IMG/VR virus record: IMGVR_UViG_3300034375_000774
Span: 1-52,397 of that record
Direction: 5' to 3' (one strand)
Length of the DNA: 52,397 bases
From: a virus
Taxonomy: Duplodnaviria > Caudoviricetes
Below the pieces are notes generated by a model. The model was not told where the DNA came from. It was given only the letters and a program-made list of their open reading frames with translations, and ran no database searches. Of this stretch, positions 1-9,502 are shown piece after piece. A program made the position numbers and the translations under genes. Position 1 is the first letter of the stretch, and the number at the start of each line of letters is the position of its first letter.

Positions 1-1312
1 TAGTAATAGTTGTGGAGAAGTTAGGATCATCACCTAGAGCAGCAGCTAGTTCGTTTAGTGTATCTAGTGTCCCAGGTGCAGAGTCAACTAAGTTAGAAAT
101 AGACGTATCTACGTAACCCTTAGTTGCTGCATCGTTTGTATTAGTAGGTGATGTAAGGTTAGTGATGGTAGCTGTAGTACCAGCATTCATGTTCAACGTA
201 CCGTCGATAGTCACGTTGTTGAAGCTAGATGAACCAGTTGATGTAATGTTACCAGTTACGTCACCAGTCAAATCACCAGTTACGTTACCTGTGACATTAC
301 CAGTTACGTTGCCTGTTACTGGGCCTACAAAAGAAGCTGCTGTAACTGTCGTGCCTGTGATAGCTGCTGGAGTTGTTGTACCAATAGTAGTACCGTCAAT
401 AGTACCTCCATTAATATCAGCAGTCGCCAGTGTAGCTTGTCCAGATGTCGATACAGTTGTAAAGCTACCAGCAGCAGCACTAGAAGCACCAATAGTAGCA
501 CCATCAATAGCACCTCCGTTGATGTCTACAGTGGTAAGTGTAGATGTACCAGTTGCTGTTAGATCAGTTACTGTAGCTGCAGCAGATGTAGTTCCACCAA
601 TAATCACATCGTCTAGTGTACCACCGTTAATGTCAGCAGTAGCAGCAGTAAGACTTGTGTTAGCTGTAAGAGTTGTGAATGTACCAGCAGCAGGTGTAGC
701 AGCACCAATAGTGGTATTGTCAATAGCACCTGAGTCTAAGTCAGCAGATGTAATGTTAGCTGTGCCTAGTGTAGTTACACCAGTAACACCTAGAGTACCA
801 CCGACTGTAGTGTTACCAGTTACACCAAGTGTACCACCAACAGTAGCATTACCAGAGGCATCCATTGTGGTGAAGTCAGCTGCAGCAGGGGTAGTGCCGC
901 CAATAACAGTATTATCAATAGTACCGCCAAGAATAGTAACAGAACCAATCTCACCAATACCGTCTACATATAAGTTCTTAAACTTTAGTCCTGATGTACC
1001 AAGGTCAACATCGTTATCCGTTACAGGAACAATAGCACCGTCTTGAATACGTACCTGCTCAACTGCAGCACCAGAGACTTCAGAGTAAAAACTAATACGG
1101 TTATTTGATGTGTCTACTACTACTTTGTTGAGAGCATCGACATCAGCAATCAGAGGTATGTAAGCACCTTCTGTAGAACTACCATCGTGTTTATGTCCTC
1201 CTGAGAAAGCAAAGGCATCCCGTATCGCATTATATTCTGCGTTTACTGGTGCAGCTTTGATAACCGCATTAGCGATAATGTCAGCTACGGACTGTCTTGA
1301 ATAACCTGCCAT
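1..1312 (-). CDS. Tail fibre protein, N-terminal part (runs off the window start; not in the ORF track)
   Basis: ATG at 1312 right after the upstream stop; reads MAGYSRQSVADII...GHKHDG...; DINGGTID and GNVT repeats; ends ...DAATKGYVD...LDTLNELAAALGDDPNFSTTIT, a typical fibre motif. Confidence 0.85.
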   Translation of the reverse strand, partial: MAGYSRQSVADIIANAVIKAAPVNAEYNAIRDAFAFSGGHKHDGSSTEGAYIPLIADVDALNKVVVDTSNNRISFYSEVSGAAVEQVRIQDGAIVPVTDNDVDLGTSGLKFKNLYVDGIGEIGSVTILGGTIDNTVIGGTTPAAADFTTMDASGNATVGGTLGVTGNTTVGGTLGVTGVTTLGTANITSADLDSGAIDNTTIGAATPAAGTFTTLTANTSLTAATADINGGTLDDVIIGGTTSAAATVTDLTATGTSTLTTVDINGGAIDGATIGASSAAAGSFTTVSTSGQATLATADINGGTIDGTTIGTTTPAAITGTTVTAASFVGPVTGNVTGNVTGNVTGDLTGDVTGNITSTGSSSFNNVTIDGTLNMNAGTTATITNLTSPTNTNDAATKGYVDTSISNLVDSAPGTLDTLNELAAALGDDPNFSTTIT

Positions 1313-1313
1313 T

Positions 1314-2852
1314 TTATAACCTGTCTCCTACCCCAAATGTAACCACTAGACCTTGAATACTATGTGACGCATTGGAATCGTTAGTTACGAATTTAAATGA
1401 TGCTGACTTACCTGAACCTGATATGTTTGTACGTTTAACAGGAGCAGGGTTACCATCAAAGATTGCTGTGCTATCATACAAAGCTTCATTATAATAAGCA
1501 GCAGCACCTTCTGTTGTTAATGTGAAGTTTGTAGGGCTTAATGTGTCAACATCTTCATAGTCATACAAAACTGACATAACAATCTCGTTATCACCCTCAG
1601 CCCGTAGATATGTAGCTACAGTGTAAAAGATTTTACGTTGCTCTGGGTCTTGCATATGAAAGAACGGTGTTTGAAAAACACTAAAGATGTCATCTCCATC
1701 AAAGTCATTGCCACGTTCTTGCCTATGAACTTTACCTGCGGAATCACCGTGTATAATAAATTCGTTTTGTCCTATATAACCACTGTCAGCACAAGTAGCT
1801 GTAATACCTAGCATCTGGCTATATTCAAACTGTAGTCCGTTAGGTGTCTGTCTAAACCCACCAATAATACCTTGAGAGTCTGCTGCACCAAAGAAATAAC
1901 GGAACTGTGTTTTCTGCCTAATGACTACTGCGTTAAGACTTTCTAGGTCAATATCAAACACAATGTCAGTAAAGATAGACTGAATGTCTTTTGATACTGT
2001 CTCTAGGTTAACGTCACCAATCTTATCTGTACCACTGATAGGACGTAGACCATCTTGTGATAAAAAGAGTAGGTCACCACCTATCTCAATTACACTATCT
2101 GAAGCCATACACCCTAGATCATCTGTAACTTCTTGTAGTACAAAGTTAGAGATGTTATCGCCAACAAGCTTACGGATATTGTTAGTACCAAAGATATACA
2201 ACACATCACGGAAAGATTTGATAGCTACAACAGGAAAGCCTACGTTAATAACACCAGCACCATCAGCAGGAGCAAAGCTAGTCTCATCGTAAGGTGCACT
2301 AAAATAAAGATTCGTGTTCTCACTAGGATCACCTGCTAAGAACATATGGTTTTTATATACGTGTGAGAACTTAGGTGCGCTGGGTGCATCTGCGTGTGTA
2401 ATCTGAGTATAAGTTGTACCATCATATGTAGCTGCAGGGTTGATAGCATCAGTAAGAAGTATCTTAGAACTACCCCAGTTGTACTTAGTAAAACGTACCT
2501 TTGTCACACCAGTCATTGTAGGTGAACCAGAAGTAGTTACTGCAACCCAAGCTTCAGTAGCTGTATCCCAGTAATGTAAATAGTTAGAACCACTAGAAGG
2601 TGTACGGCAAGCTAGAATGCCATCGTTAATACCATTAGCTACACATACACCTAAGACATTACCTGTACCTGATACTGTACCGTAGTCGTTACTAAAGCCA
2701 TTGATCTTTCTGTAACCACCAGTAACAGCAGGCTCATAGTTAATCAAAGAGATAGCTGAACCAGGCTGAGTCTCACCTTGTGATAACACATCACGACTAG
2801 TGTTAAGACCACCTTGGCAGAATACTTTAAATGAGGCTAGATTGTCAGCCAT
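1314..2852 (-). CDS. Tail nozzle / stabilisation protein (tubular protein B-like)
   Basis: 512 aa, beta-rich, between adaptor and fibre; call mainly from synteny. Confidence 0.6.
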   Translation of the reverse strand: MADNLASFKVFCQGGLNTSRDVLSQGETQPGSAISLINYEPAVTGGYRKINGFSNDYGTVSGTGNVLGVCVANGINDGILACRTPSSGSNYLHYWDTATEAWVAVTTSGSPTMTGVTKVRFTKYNWGSSKILLTDAINPAATYDGTTYTQITHADAPSAPKFSHVYKNHMFLAGDPSENTNLYFSAPYDETSFAPADGAGVINVGFPVVAIKSFRDVLYIFGTNNIRKLVGDNISNFVLQEVTDDLGCMASDSVIEIGGDLLFLSQDGLRPISGTDKIGDVNLETVSKDIQSIFTDIVFDIDLESLNAVVIRQKTQFRYFFGAADSQGIIGGFRQTPNGLQFEYSQMLGITATCADSGYIGQNEFIIHGDSAGKVHRQERGNDFDGDDIFSVFQTPFFHMQDPEQRKIFYTVATYLRAEGDNEIVMSVLYDYEDVDTLSPTNFTLTTEGAAAYYNEALYDSTAIFDGNPAPVKRTNISGSGKSASFKFVTNDSNASHSIQGLVVTFGVGDRL

Positions 2853-3577
2853 TAGACACCGCCATTAAAAGAGCTTGTTCTTGACCGTGAAACTACAGTA
2901 GAGCGCACAGACAGCGGATCATCCATCAATACTCGACGCATAGACTTAATACCGTCTTCAAAGTTCTTTTGATGCATAGCGGCACTTTGTTCATTACTAC
3001 GGAAGCGCATCATAAACATCATTGCACCATCAACAACTACATGCTTGAAGCGATCAGGTATAATACACACATCATCATACAAGCTTAGATCTGCAGGGTA
3101 AGACCAGTAAGTGTACTCGATTTCATACGCAGCATTAGGTGTAGGTGTAACACCAAAAGACTCACCTAGAGTTTGATAAATACGTACAGGAGCACCATCG
3201 CCGTTTACTGTGTCACCTTCATCATCAGCTGCACGGAAGCTTTGAATGTATTCCTCATAAGACATAGCTCTCAAGTTCATTGGGCTATTGCCTACAGAGC
3301 TTAACTTCTTAAGATAGAATGTGTCCCAGTCTGCACTTGAGTAGTCTGAGGGAAAGCTATACTCACGTGTACCTACTGTAAGAGTCTGTGTATATGTAGT
3401 TTTAAGGAAAGGCCATTCTTGACCGTCCTGCAGAATAAGTCTAACGCTACTGTTTACTGCATCCTTAGCTAGTGCTTGAACGTTACGCACTGAGTCAAAG
3501 CCATCACCAGCAATGTCAAGTGTGACCTCGTTAAGTCTACGCAGTAGCTCATTTACTAGTGAAATGTAAGTAGCCAT
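2852..3577 (-). CDS. Head-tail adaptor (tail tubular protein A-like)
   Basis: 241 aa directly after the capsid gene; N-term YISLVNELLRRLNE and a WPF motif typical of podovirus adaptors. Confidence 0.65.
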   Translation of the reverse strand: MATYISLVNELLRRLNEVTLDIAGDGFDSVRNVQALAKDAVNSSVRLILQDGQEWPFLKTTYTQTLTVGTREYSFPSDYSSADWDTFYLKKLSSVGNSPMNLRAMSYEEYIQSFRAADDEGDTVNGDGAPVRIYQTLGESFGVTPTPNAAYEIEYTYWSYPADLSLYDDVCIIPDRFKHVVVDGAMMFMMRFRSNEQSAAMHQKNFEDGIKSMRRVLMDDPLSVRSTVVSRSRTSSFNGGV

Positions 3578-3604
3578 AGAGTTATCCTACTATTAGAAGT
3601 ACTA

Positions 3605-3629
3605 TAGGGCCAGCATGTAGCCAGCCCTA
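3605..3629 (-). terminator. Stem-loop after the major capsid gene (probably a leaky terminator)
   Basis: Minus strand TAGGGCTGGC-TACAT-GCTGGCCCTA with G-U pairs; weak U tract. Confidence 0.55.
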
Positions 3630-3645
3630 CAGATTGTGTCACTTA

Positions 3646-4704
3646 CTACGCAGCGTTGTAACGTGTTGTGATAAGCGCTTCTGGGCGTAGAATCTTACGT
3701 CCATACAAGTGCATACCACGAACGATGTCTGCGAATGAATCAGGGTCACGGTAGTTCTCAACTTTGTTGATCTGTTCCGCTGAAGCTACTGCTTCTTCCT
3801 GACCTGCAACGATAACACCGTAGTTGTCGTTCTGTGCTGTAGTACCAGAAGTACCTGCGCCAGTGCCTTTTGCTGGTAGGTTGTTTGAAACATAAACACG
3901 GAAGCCGTGTAGGTTGTTCATAACCAAACCATTCATCAAGCCTGATCCACCGAAGTCTGCATTTAGAAGACGTGAATCTTCATCTTTTAGCATTTCAATG
4001 AATACTGGGTCAACAACGATCCAACGTCCACGTGAGTCAACATTCTCTGTGTCCATCTTACGAGCCATACGAGCTACGACTGTTAGAGGAGATACAGTTG
4101 TTGCTGACAATGCAGTTGCGCCTGGTAGACGTGGTGCTAGAGGAACTGAGTCACCTGCTGTCGCTGTAGCAGAGATAGTCAAGTTTGAGAAATCAGTTGC
4201 GTCTAGGTGGTTCGCTGTTAGGAACTCGCCTGTTAGGTTAGCTGGAGTGTCATGCTGTGCATCACCAGATGTTGCAGTTGAATACTCACCTGCTGATGTG
4301 TGGCCTGACAAGTACTGCATCACGTCTGTGTCCATAGCGTCTGCCATTTTATAAGCAGCACGGTCAGCAGCAAGTGATACATAATCAACGTTTGCGAACT
4401 GATCTTCGATGTCATCCATTTTGAATGCGAAGTAGTTAGCTTTGTCGATTGTCAGTGAGAAGTCTTCGTTTGCAAGCTTCTCTACAGAAATACCTGTGTG
4501 ACGCTCTAGTGCGTTAACAGTTACATCTGGCTCTTTTTGAATGCGAACCACATCACCTTGGTTGGCGATCTCACCGAAGTAAGAGTTGTTTGTGATTGCG
4601 TTTGTGACAGCAGATTTACGTAGAGCAATCTGTGCCTGTTTGGAGTAGATAATAGGAGACCAGTTGGTTCCTGTAAATCCACCCGATGCGGAAGTAATAG
4701 CCAT
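3646..4704 (-). CDS. Major capsid protein
   Basis: 352 aa; NWSPIIYSK, GDVVRI, LTIDKANYFAFKMDDIE, FADIVRGMHLYGRKILRPE motifs; strong AAGGAG RBS. Confidence 0.92.
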   Translation of the reverse strand: MAITSASGGFTGTNWSPIIYSKQAQIALRKSAVTNAITNNSYFGEIANQGDVVRIQKEPDVTVNALERHTGISVEKLANEDFSLTIDKANYFAFKMDDIEDQFANVDYVSLAADRAAYKMADAMDTDVMQYLSGHTSAGEYSTATSGDAQHDTPANLTGEFLTANHLDATDFSNLTISATATAGDSVPLAPRLPGATALSATTVSPLTVVARMARKMDTENVDSRGRWIVVDPVFIEMLKDEDSRLLNADFGGSGLMNGLVMNNLHGFRVYVSNNLPAKGTGAGTSGTTAQNDNYGVIVAGQEEAVASAEQINKVENYRDPDSFADIVRGMHLYGRKILRPEALITTRYNAA

Positions 4705-4900
4705 AGTTAATTCTCCTTATAGATATGGCGTGATATTGTTACACTACATATCCACTAAAGAGGCCATTCATTCTAGGGTAGTCAGCGTAGCTCAATCAGA
4801 TTGGCCTATCTTTTTAGAGCGCTGGGCCTATATGTTTGGGTAGTTCTTTGTGTGGCTAGTGCTAATTAAAGCATACACACTGTTTTTTGTGTATATACTA

Positions 4901-4930
4901 TAGTTTTACTTATGTGAACAAGAATGTCAA
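4901..4930 (-). promoter_or_regulatory. Sigma70-like promoter for the capsid gene
   Basis: TTGACA(4930-4925)-N16-TAAAAC-TA. Confidence 0.55.
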
Positions 4931-4933
4931 GCA

Positions 4934-5884
4934 TTACTTTGTCATATCATAAATAAATTTACCTGAGCGTTGCGCATCAAGGATTTCCTCTTGGCGCTTC
5001 TCATATTCTTTGATAGACATCTTAGCTATCTGTGATTCACGTAAGTAGTTCGATGCATCATCTTGTTGAACTTGTGTGTTACGTTTAGTACGAACTGAAG
5101 ATGCAGCATCCTTGTCGTTATTCACAGGACGAGAGTCTTTGATGCCTTTATCTACTTTATACATATCAATAACACGTCCGACTGACTTTGCGTCTTCTGC
5201 GTTCTCGTATAAAGCATCTTGAATTACTTTCGGCTGTGACTCTGCCCACGTATGGAAAGCATCATCAGCACGAATCTCTTCAAAGTCTGGATGCATCTGT
5301 AGTAGCTCTGCTTCTGCACGTTGACGTTTAGCATCTACACGTAGCTCTTCGATTTCCTTCAAACGCTTATCAATATCTGATGCACGTTCTTCAGCTTTAC
5401 GATCAGCGATAGCTTCTACGATACCAGCTACGTCAGGGTACTTACTTGCCCAAGCTTCGATCTCTTCAGTAGTCTTAGGTAGTACCAACTCGTTCTTAGT
5501 GGCTTTGTCTAGTTGAGACTGTAGCTTCTCAAACTTAACTTTCCACTCTTGTTCTTTCTCTTGAACGTGACGACGAAGATCACCATAGCGCTTCTTGAAG
5601 TTCTTCTCTTCTGCGCTTAGCTCAGCATCATCTCCTTCTTGGGATGCTTCAGCTTTGCTTGCTTCTTCTTGTTTGGTACTACTCTCTGCCTGTACTGGTT
5701 CTGAGACAGGCTCTTCGCTACGGGGTTCAGCTTCAGTAGTTTGTTTTTCTTCGGGCGGTTCATCTTCTTTAGCCATCCCAGCTTGTTTCATTAGTTCTTG
5801 TAACTCTTGTTCGTCACGACTAATACGTGCAGCGTTACGTTGATGTGCAGGTGAGTTCACCTCTAGTTGTTCTACTTCAGCCAT
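4934..5884 (-). CDS. Capsid scaffolding protein
   Basis: Acidic coiled coil upstream of the capsid gene; EEKNFKKRYGDLRRH and HPDF motifs; AAGGAG RBS. Confidence 0.75.
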   Translation of the reverse strand: MAEVEQLEVNSPAHQRNAARISRDEQELQELMKQAGMAKEDEPPEEKQTTEAEPRSEEPVSEPVQAESSTKQEEASKAEASQEGDDAELSAEEKNFKKRYGDLRRHVQEKEQEWKVKFEKLQSQLDKATKNELVLPKTTEEIEAWASKYPDVAGIVEAIADRKAEERASDIDKRLKEIEELRVDAKRQRAEAELLQMHPDFEEIRADDAFHTWAESQPKVIQDALYENAEDAKSVGRVIDMYKVDKGIKDSRPVNNDKDAASSVRTKRNTQVQQDDASNYLRESQIAKMSIKEYEKRQEEILDAQRSGKFIYDMTK

Positions 5885-5953
5885 TGTATTCTCCTTATGT
5901 TGGGGCCAGCTTCATGCGCTGGGTGGCCTTATTGTTATATGGATTGAGAGTTG

Positions 5954-7432
5954 TTATGTGTACATCCAGCCTAAGCCAGCAGCGTTTGCTTCGTCAACGG
6001 CTTTTTGCATTTCTGGTGGAAGAGCAGAACCTGCTTTACGATAAGCTGTAACCAAATCTTTAGGCGCTACTGCTCTAGCTTGTGAAGCAATAGCATTCAA
6101 ACGAGCTTGTTCACTTCTGCTTGCACCAATACCTCTCGCTTTTACTGCCTCTAGAGCAGCGTTCTTTGGTTCTTCTTCTACCGCTGGTGCTTCAGCTGTT
6201 TCAGTTTCTTCAGGTGCTTTATATTCTTGATCACGGCGGTCACCTGCCCAAGAACGTTTGAGAGTTAATAGGTTACCTTCATCATCTTTAGCTTGAATAC
6301 CCGACTGACCATCAAATCCTAATAGATCACCTAACCAAGTGTCACCAAAGTCTGTGCCTTTTTTGTTACCTTCAACTTGATCGCTAAAGTCTCTCAAGCC
6401 ACCATACAAGGTAGCCTCGCCACCAAAGATACTACCTCTACGCTCAAGATCTGTTTTAATACCTTCAGACTCCATACGCTCAACAATATCGTTATAACGT
6501 GCTACTGCACCTGTGTTAACTAAGGCAGATATAGGAGCACCAATAGCACCTGCTAGACCTGCTGCTATGTTAGCCATTGTAGATAGACCTCTAGCTGTCT
6601 TCTCTAAGTCTTCACTCTTAATTTTTGATACTTCAATAGGGGCAGGAGCAAGTGCCTGTGATTGCTGTCCAATGTCATCTAAGCGTCTGGAATAACCGCT
6701 TTCACCAGAGGTCACTGCTGGAGCAACACTTGGTGCCACACCTGAAGAAGGTGCACCCACTGTTGTAGCTGTAGTTGTAGCTACTGGTGTTTGTGTGTAG
6801 CCTTGCTGTATAAGAGTGTCATACTCAGTTTGTTGTGCTGGTAAGCTCAGTGTACGTACTTCTCCGTTAGGCCCATACAGAGTCACAACTGTGATACCTG
6901 GAGTAGGAGCCGTTGTTTGCGCTAAGAAGCCAGGAGCAAAAGACATTCCTGTAGCTTGTGTAAACTGAGGAGCGTTAGGATCTACAGTACCGCCTTCAGC
7001 GTAACCTACAGTATTGCCTACAGCTTGAGGAGCAGGCTGCAAGTAAGGGTCAGCTTGAACAGAACCGCCCATAGCCATACCCGTTACTTGCTCTAATGCG
7101 GCGACTTCTTCAGGGGTTAAGTCACCGACATCTCCTTCAGACATTTCGACAGGCTCACCACCGATACGTCCGTTAGCTTCCATCTCCATCATACCACGTT
7201 TAGCTTCCTCACGCAAGTCCTCAAAGAACTTTACACCATAGAAGCGTACTACATCAGCAGGTACAACGTATTCACCTTCACTAAGTTGCGCTGGGATATC
7301 GTCACGCACTTCTTCAGCTAATGACCCAGGAGGTACTTCGTTTCCGCTTACAGGATCTACAGTAGCCCCATCATCAGTGAGACCACCTTCCTCCATCATA
7401 AACGCCATTTCCATCTGCTTAGCTGTGTCCAT
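5954..7432 (-). CDS. Putative internal virion protein
   Basis: 492 aa; DDIPAQLSEGEYVVPADVV motif; low-complexity middle; lies in the head module. Confidence 0.55.
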   Translation of the reverse strand: MDTAKQMEMAFMMEEGGLTDDGATVDPVSGNEVPPGSLAEEVRDDIPAQLSEGEYVVPADVVRFYGVKFFEDLREEAKRGMMEMEANGRIGGEPVEMSEGDVGDLTPEEVAALEQVTGMAMGGSVQADPYLQPAPQAVGNTVGYAEGGTVDPNAPQFTQATGMSFAPGFLAQTTAPTPGITVVTLYGPNGEVRTLSLPAQQTEYDTLIQQGYTQTPVATTTATTVGAPSSGVAPSVAPAVTSGESGYSRRLDDIGQQSQALAPAPIEVSKIKSEDLEKTARGLSTMANIAAGLAGAIGAPISALVNTGAVARYNDIVERMESEGIKTDLERRGSIFGGEATLYGGLRDFSDQVEGNKKGTDFGDTWLGDLLGFDGQSGIQAKDDEGNLLTLKRSWAGDRRDQEYKAPEETETAEAPAVEEEPKNAALEAVKARGIGASRSEQARLNAIASQARAVAPKDLVTAYRKAGSALPPEMQKAVDEANAAGLGWMYT

Positions 7433-7622
7433 TAACTTCTTCCCTCATAAGTTTTAGTCTACGTAGTGCAGCTATCTCACCTTGTATGCGATACATTGCC
7501 TCTGCGTCATTGCTTTGCTCTATACGGACATGCGCTGCACCAATCTTACTATCTAGGTACTCTACATAAGCATCCCATAGAGGCTTGTCGTTTGTTATTT
7601 TCTTTAGTGCGCCTAAACTCAT
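7419..7622 (-). CDS. Small head-module protein
   Basis: 67 aa helical protein (MYRIQGEIAALRRL), coupled to both neighbours. Confidence 0.7.
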   Translation of the reverse strand: MSLGALKKITNDKPLWDAYVEYLDSKIGAAHVRIEQSNDAEAMYRIQGEIAALRRLKLMREEVNGHS

Positions 7623-9502
7623 TTAGTTGGTCTCTCTACTAATCCACCTTTGTTGAAGCGTAGTTTAATATTTGTTGGATCAATAGTCAAGTTAGAAATG
7701 TCTAGGAGTGTACCTTCAACTGTTTTATTTAACTGATTATTATAATCATAGTCTGGGTTACTTACATCTCTATAAACAAGTTTTTTCTTACCTATCTCTA
7801 CTTGATTACCTAGCTCAGCTTTTAACTGTTTAAGTGCTTTATTGTAAGCAGTTACATATGTATTATAGAAAGCAGAACCTTTAGAGATTTTTTCGGATAC
7901 CTCATCTGCTCTAAAACGTTTCTCTGCAAGCTGCTCTACAGGAGGTAATACAATTTCATCTATACCTTTTGCTTTAGCGTCCGCTATAATAGCCTGTAAA
8001 GATAGACGTACTGTATCGGTTAGTTTTTGTATAGGCAAGTCTTTTTTAGTTATAGCTGTAGTAAGGCTACCTAAGTAAGTTTCTACACTGTTGTACATAG
8101 CATCACTTATAGCGTCTATCTCATAGTCACTACCATCATACTCTTTTCTTAACAAAGCCCCTGCTACTCTTGAAATACTACCTGTATCTCCAAATAAGTA
8201 TTCCTCTTTTACACCACGCTCTTTAGCGGCTTTCTTAAATACATCAATGCGATCTTCTCTGCTTAATTTTTTATTAAGTCTTGTAGGTATAACTACGTCT
8301 TCAATGTAACTTTTTAGTTCTTTAATAGGTTTATCAGGAAAACCACTACCTTCAGTCTCAATTAAGTATTCAGCCTCTCTATAAAGACGGTTTAAATCTG
8401 TATCTAAGGTCTTTCTTTGTTTCTTCTTAAATTTAGGTAAATCGTCTACAACATTCTGTAGAGGGTCCGACTGAAGTTCTTCAATTAAGATGTAAGGTTT
8501 CCTTGACCCTCTTATGACTGTAGGATGTGCCATTTTAGGCATAGGGACGCTAATTTCACCCTTTTCTTGAATTAGGTAAGAAGGAAGCTTATCTACATAA
8601 TCAAAACTAGTAGGGTCATTTTGTTGGCCCCAACGAATAGCAGGTCCGTCACCTCCTTGACTTACTAATCTAACAGGCATAGTTTGAACCCCTATTTTCT
8701 TTAAGGCCCAAGCTCTATGCCTACCATCGTGACCTGTTACTTTTGCTGTACCGTCACCGTTATTCTTAAAGGTTAAAGAAGGAATAGAGTCAAACTTAGT
8801 TCCTTTCTCAGCCAACTCTACAGTGTTTTTTAGTTTTCTTATTTCAATTCCATCTTCAGCTGCCTTTAAGAAATGCTTAATAGGCATATCAACGACTATC
8901 TCTCTTGACTTGTCGTTTTGTTTCTTAGCGACTTCTAGTGCCTCTTCACTAAACTGAGGATAAGTTTTTAAGGCTGGTTGTTCAATACCTCTAACGCTGT
9001 ACCTTGTATGTGCAAGATTAGAAGGGCCAAAGTGGGTAAATAAGCCTAAATCATCTTCTGATTCAATACTAAGCTCAACGTAGTCTGTTTCTTTATCTTC
9101 TAAAAAACTCTGTCTTTGTGTTGTTTTGTATTTAATAGGAGTGACTTTAGTGGCCTTAACCTCTAACCCACCTAGACCTTCTTTAGCACTCTCAGCTGTG
9201 TATAACTCACCAGGCTCTAGTCCTAACCCACGATACTCCATCTCACCTTGTGTGACTTTAGGTGCACGTTTACGTACAAACGCTTCGATGTTCTCACCAC
9301 GTGTACCTTCTTTACCGATAGGCGCTTCGTCAATAGCACTCTCTAGTGGGCTATAGAATCGTGCCACTGTAGGGTCACTAGGATCAGCTACATCCGTCAG
9401 TACCTCTTCTGTTTGTTTAAACATAGGGTTGTACTTGGGGTTGTCAATGATGCCAAGCGCTGAGCTTAGCTCTTTAGCTATCATACGAGAGATACCTGAC
9501 AT
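7619..9502 (-). CDS. Putative virion protein with an internal ParB/Srx-like domain
   Basis: 627 aa; FYSPLE, AHTRY and IEELQSD motifs; central VTGHDGRHRAWALKKIG resembles the ParB-N DGxHR motif. Confidence 0.6.
   Translation of the reverse strand: MSGISRMIAKELSSALGIIDNPKYNPMFKQTEEVLTDVADPSDPTVARFYSPLESAIDEAPIGKEGTRGENIEAFVRKRAPKVTQGEMEYRGLGLEPGELYTAESAKEGLGGLEVKATKVTPIKYKTTQRQSFLEDKETDYVELSIESEDDLGLFTHFGPSNLAHTRYSVRGIEQPALKTYPQFSEEALEVAKKQNDKSREIVVDMPIKHFLKAAEDGIEIRKLKNTVELAEKGTKFDSIPSLTFKNNGDGTAKVTGHDGRHRAWALKKIGVQTMPVRLVSQGGDGPAIRWGQQNDPTSFDYVDKLPSYLIQEKGEISVPMPKMAHPTVIRGSRKPYILIEELQSDPLQNVVDDLPKFKKKQRKTLDTDLNRLYREAEYLIETEGSGFPDKPIKELKSYIEDVVIPTRLNKKLSREDRIDVFKKAAKERGVKEEYLFGDTGSISRVAGALLRKEYDGSDYEIDAISDAMYNSVETYLGSLTTAITKKDLPIQKLTDTVRLSLQAIIADAKAKGIDEIVLPPVEQLAEKRFRADEVSEKISKGSAFYNTYVTAYNKALKQLKAELGNQVEIGKKKLVYRDVSNPDYDYNNQLNKTVEGTLLDISNLTIDPTNIKLRFNKGGLVERPTK

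Noticed and set aside
162-1046. 294-aa plus-strand ORF
   Set aside because: Antisense shadow of the repetitive tail-fibre gene on the minus strand
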